64,000 nt of DNA from Sphingobacteriaceae bacterium (lineage in GTDB: Bacteria; Bacteroidota; Bacteroidia; Sphingobacteriales; Sphingobacteriaceae), in assembly GCA_947479815.1 (NCBI GenBank), contig CANKAT010000002.1, forward strand, positions 4,291-68,290, in the 5' to 3' direction. Of this stretch, positions 61,668 through 64,000 are shown in pieces. Positions within the stretch are counted from its first letter, which is position 1. Each line of letters begins with the position of its first letter. The position numbers were made by a program, and so were the translations under genes. The notes under the pieces were generated by a model. It made no database searches. It saw only the letters and a list, made by a program, of their open reading frames with translations, and was not told the origin of the DNA.

Positions 61668-62753
61668 CTATTCAGCATGTAAATTGTTTAGCTCAGCTAG
61701 TTCCTTCGTAAAAGAAACAAACTCATAACTTATCTTCTCATTGTTTTTCACTTTGCCTATACCTTCTGCAAGAATTTTATCGTGTACACTAAGACCTGAA
61801 GCAACAACGTAGATGTGAGGTAATTCCTGCTCAATAATGACTTCTTTTGCCTTCAAGATGTTATTTTTATCAACGACGTACACAAACTTTTTATCTAATA
61901 CATCAAATGTTGCCATTTGTGGAATAATGATTGCGTTTTTGAGATTAATTAACATCAGTACATTTCCGGTTCCGCCATGGCGGAGTATGCCCTTTGGATT
62001 TGGGAATGTTGCCCTAAAGGCAATGTTTCCTGTTTCATTATTAAAATCGGCTTCAATGGTTTCTACTACCCCTGGAACATCAAACTGTTCATTATTGGCC
62101 ATTTTGAGGAGAACATTTTTTCTACTCTCTGATTTTGGGTTTTTAACATAATCGAGATATTCAGCTTCCGGAACATTGAAATAAACCCACATTTTACTAT
62201 TATCAGAAAGGGTAGTGAGCAATTCGCCTTCCTCAATTAGGCTTCCTATGCGCTTTTGAAAACGATCCATAATGCCATCGAAAGGAGCACGTATTTCGGT
62301 GAACCCTAAATGAGCCTCAGCCAAAGCCAGCTCAGCCTTCGCCTTGTCGAGTTTGGCTTTCGCAAGAGCTAGTTCATTGCTTGATACCACATTATTGTCG
62401 GCCAGACTTTTGGTGTTTTTGTATTCGATCTCGGCAAAATTCATTTCTGCTTTTGCTTTCGCTACTTCGGCCTGATAAATAAGTGGCATGATTTTAAACA
62501 TGAGCTGGCCTTTCTTTAAGAATTGCCCTTCGTCGACATAGATGGTCTGAAGAAATCCTCGTTCCTGGGATCTTATTTCAATATGATTAATAGATTGAAT
62601 CTGACTTACATACTCTTTATAAATAAAAGTATCTCTTTGAACAGGGCTAGTCACTAAAAAGTTAGTTTCCATTTCCTTTTTATGCTCCTGGGTAGTACAG
62701 CTTGAATAAATTAATAGTGATAACAAACAATTGAGAATGAATATCCTCTTCAT
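61668..62753 (-). CDS. RND periplasmic adaptor (membrane fusion protein) lipoprotein
   Basis: Lipobox YSSC; alpha-hairpin AEVAKAKAE...LAKAKLDKAKAELALAEAHL; IRAPFDGI lipoyl-domain block. Confidence 0.9.
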   Translation of the reverse strand: MKRIFILNCLLSLLIYSSCTTQEHKKEMETNFLVTSPVQRDTFIYKEYVSQIQSINHIEIRSQERGFLQTIYVDEGQFLKKGQLMFKIMPLIYQAEVAKAKAEMNFAEIEYKNTKSLADNNVVSSNELALAKAKLDKAKAELALAEAHLGFTEIRAPFDGIMDRFQKRIGSLIEEGELLTTLSDNSKMWVYFNVPEAEYLDYVKNPKSESRKNVLLKMANNEQFDVPGVVETIEADFNNETGNIAFRATFPNPKGILRHGGTGNVLMLINLKNAIIIPQMATFDVLDKKFVYVVDKNNILKAKEVIIEQELPHIYVVASGLSVHDKILAEGIGKVKNNEKISYEFVSFTKELAELNNLHAE

Positions 62754-62862
62754 AATAATTTTGATTTAAGTTAAAAAACAAGAAAATCTAGCCCGCAGAT
62801 CAGCCAAGCAGATAAGTTTTCTGCACAAGATATCCCGCACAGAAGAAATAATGAGAAATTAA

Positions 62863-63288
62863 CTAATAGAGAAAGGTGCGCCAGGCGTGGTAAAGAATGA
62901 AAAGAGGGACTTTAGCCTGTTTAAAGTTTAAGTTTGAAATTGAAAGAAACGAATCTGATATGAATGACTTGATGAATGCGGGTTCAAATGAACAGGTCCA
63001 GTAAAGTTTACTTTCATCTTCTTCCTTGTCCTCATTCAGCCAATCCTTTTGTGCCGTTTCAAATGGCAGATGAATAACGTAATGGTCAGTATTAGATAAA
63101 GCTTGAACATTAATGCTGGGAGCACTCTGCTCAACCCGATTACTCCCCGAGGAGGTAGCGGCAAGAATATTAGTTTGACCGAAAAAATAAAATAGTACTA
63201 AAAAAGCAAGTATACTGTGATTCAGTTTTGAACCCAAGGATAAATGAAATTGACTATTAAATTTTAAATTCTTGATTTTAAAAACCAT
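62863..63288 (-). CDS. Hypothetical protein with N-terminal hydrophobic segment, first gene upstream of the RND operon
   Basis: 141-aa ORF with no recognisable motif. A candidate -7 box lies 35 nt upstream. Coding status uncertain. Confidence 0.35.
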   Translation of the reverse strand: MVFKIKNLKFNSQFHLSLGSKLNHSILAFLVLFYFFGQTNILAATSSGSNRVEQSAPSINVQALSNTDHYVIHLPFETAQKDWLNEDKEEDESKLYWTCSFEPAFIKSFISDSFLSISNLNFKQAKVPLFILYHAWRTFLY

Positions 63289-63323
63289 ATCTACCGTCGA
63301 AAGTACAAACTGAATTCCATATC

Positions 63324-63331
63324 CAAAAATA
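63324..63331 (-). promoter_or_regulatory. Candidate -7 box (TATTTTTG on minus strand)
   Basis: Plus-strand caaaaata is the reverse complement of TAnnTTTG, upstream of ORF 62863-63288 and the efflux operon. Confidence 0.35.
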
Positions 63332-63491
63332 TGTTGTTGAATTTAAAGAAAATGCAATTAATTTATTACACAAATTAATTAAGGCTTCTAGGACGAACCG
63401 GAAATTCCAAAAACAAAAAGCCCTAGATTTCTGTAAGGTCTTGTAATCAGCGCCGGTCCCGATAGCCATCGGGGCGTACCGGAACAGTTTT

Positions 63492-63526
63492 AAAAAAACA
63501 AAAGGCTCTCAAAAAATGAGAGCCTT
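63492..63526 (-). terminator. Intrinsic terminator downstream of tRNA-Leu(CAA)
   Basis: Stem aaggctctc/gagagcctt (63502-63526), 7-nt loop, then a T-rich run on the minus strand. Confidence 0.75.
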
Positions 63527-63531
63527 TTACG

Positions 63532-63611
63532 TACCCAGCGCCGGAATCGAACCGGCACAGTTTCCTATCGGTGTTTGAGACCGACGCGTCTACCAGTTCC
63601 GCCAGCTGGGC
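63532..63611 (-). tRNA. tRNA-Leu (anticodon CAA)
   Basis: Reverse complement GCCCAGCTGGCGGAACTGGTAGACGCGTCGGTCTCAAACACCGA...GGTTCGATTCCGGCGCTGGGTA. Anticodon loop CTCAAAC, variable arm, T-loop GGTTCGATTCC. The G1-U72 pair is a wobble. 80 nt. Confidence 0.9.
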
Positions 63612-64000
63612 ATTTTTTATCTACAATGCGGGATGTTCTGAAGGAATCCCTTCGGGACAAACATAATAAAATTTTAATAATTTACAGGATTCAGGCTCTG
63701 ATTTTGTTAAGAATTTTCATGCGGTCGGCAGTCTTAATTTAAACATGAAACGAATTATTCAACCCTCATTAAAGGAGTAATGAGAATCCTAATTATTTCA
63801 AAACCCGTAGAGTCGCTACGCTAAACAACTGACAGTTGTGGCCAATGGTCCTTTTGCCAAGTGGCCCGTTCCTATGAAAAACAGCCTCAAGTAAAATAAA
63901 CCTTACCGGAGGAAGTATCTTTCGGCTATTCCTAATTTGAATCAGAACGCAATTTCTTGCCGGAAATACTACGAAGGGAAGGGCTGAAACAGCCTATAAC

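Noticed and set aside
63278-63469. 63-aa ORF upstream of the hypothetical gene
   Set aside because: It overlaps the candidate promoter and the GC-rich hairpin, has no motif, and runs across obvious non-coding structure. It is probably spurious.
63289-63611. Possibility that tRNA-Leu(CAA) is an integration site, with the efflux operon region as an island
   Set aside because: There is no integrase anywhere on the 3' side. The only tRNA-like duplication I found is an 8-nt agcgccgg match (63449-63456 versus the tRNA 3' end), which is too short to call an att repeat.
63900-63990. TPP riboswitch-like resemblance (ttgaatcaga...cgaagggaag versus TTGAACCTGATC...CGTAGGGAA)
   Set aside because: The universally conserved CUGAGA element and the GGGGUGC 5' half are absent. 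The resemblance is limited to short strings.
63612-64000. RNase P RNA, tmRNA, SRP RNA or cobalamin riboswitch at the right edge
   Set aside because: I could not find their hallmark sequences on either strand: GAGGAAAGUCCGG for RNase P, a GGGGcuga 5' end or ...ALAA tag frame and TPsiC/ACCA end for tmRNA, GGAA-tetraloop domain IV for SRP, or GCCACUG B12 box.

Overview
AT-rich, densely packed chromosomal segment that looks like Bacteroidota. The lineage call rests on exact TAnnTTTG -7 boxes a few nt from start codons, many lipobox lipoproteins, a TAT-signal GH109-like enzyme, and the tRNA-Leu/tig/clpP/clpX, DUF4290-murA and DUF3822-rsmD-coaD arrangements. I did not compute GC content and cannot place it below phylum.

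I support about 55 protein genes, 2 tRNA-Leu genes (anticodons TAG and CAA), a set of strong intrinsic-terminator hairpins and a few candidate promoters. I saw no rRNA, CRISPR array, transposase, integrase, phage gene or recognisable defence system.

Most genes are housekeeping: clpB, clpX/P, tig, murA, pyrE, coaD, rsmD, slyD, csp, a UvrD-like helicase, an ABC-F protein and trans-sulfuration enzymes. An RND efflux operon and several carbohydrate or amino-sugar genes are interspersed.

The least explained content, in my order of interest:
- A tight 4-gene operon fusing a flavoprotein and a membrane polyferredoxin to two GT2 glycosyltransferases (33328-38143).
- A GH109-like / amidohydrolase / HGSNAT-like acetyltransferase / amidohydrolase cluster (51631-56588).
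- A NahK-like anomeric sugar kinase with an MFS-like membrane protein and a secreted PIG-L deacetylase (9790-13267).
- An ABC-F protein whose degenerate motifs all fall in one composite ATP site.
- A divergent Gre-like factor.
- An ORF-free, hairpin-rich region at the right edge that may be a structured RNA or leader.

All family names come from motif recognition and memory. None could be confirmed by a search here.
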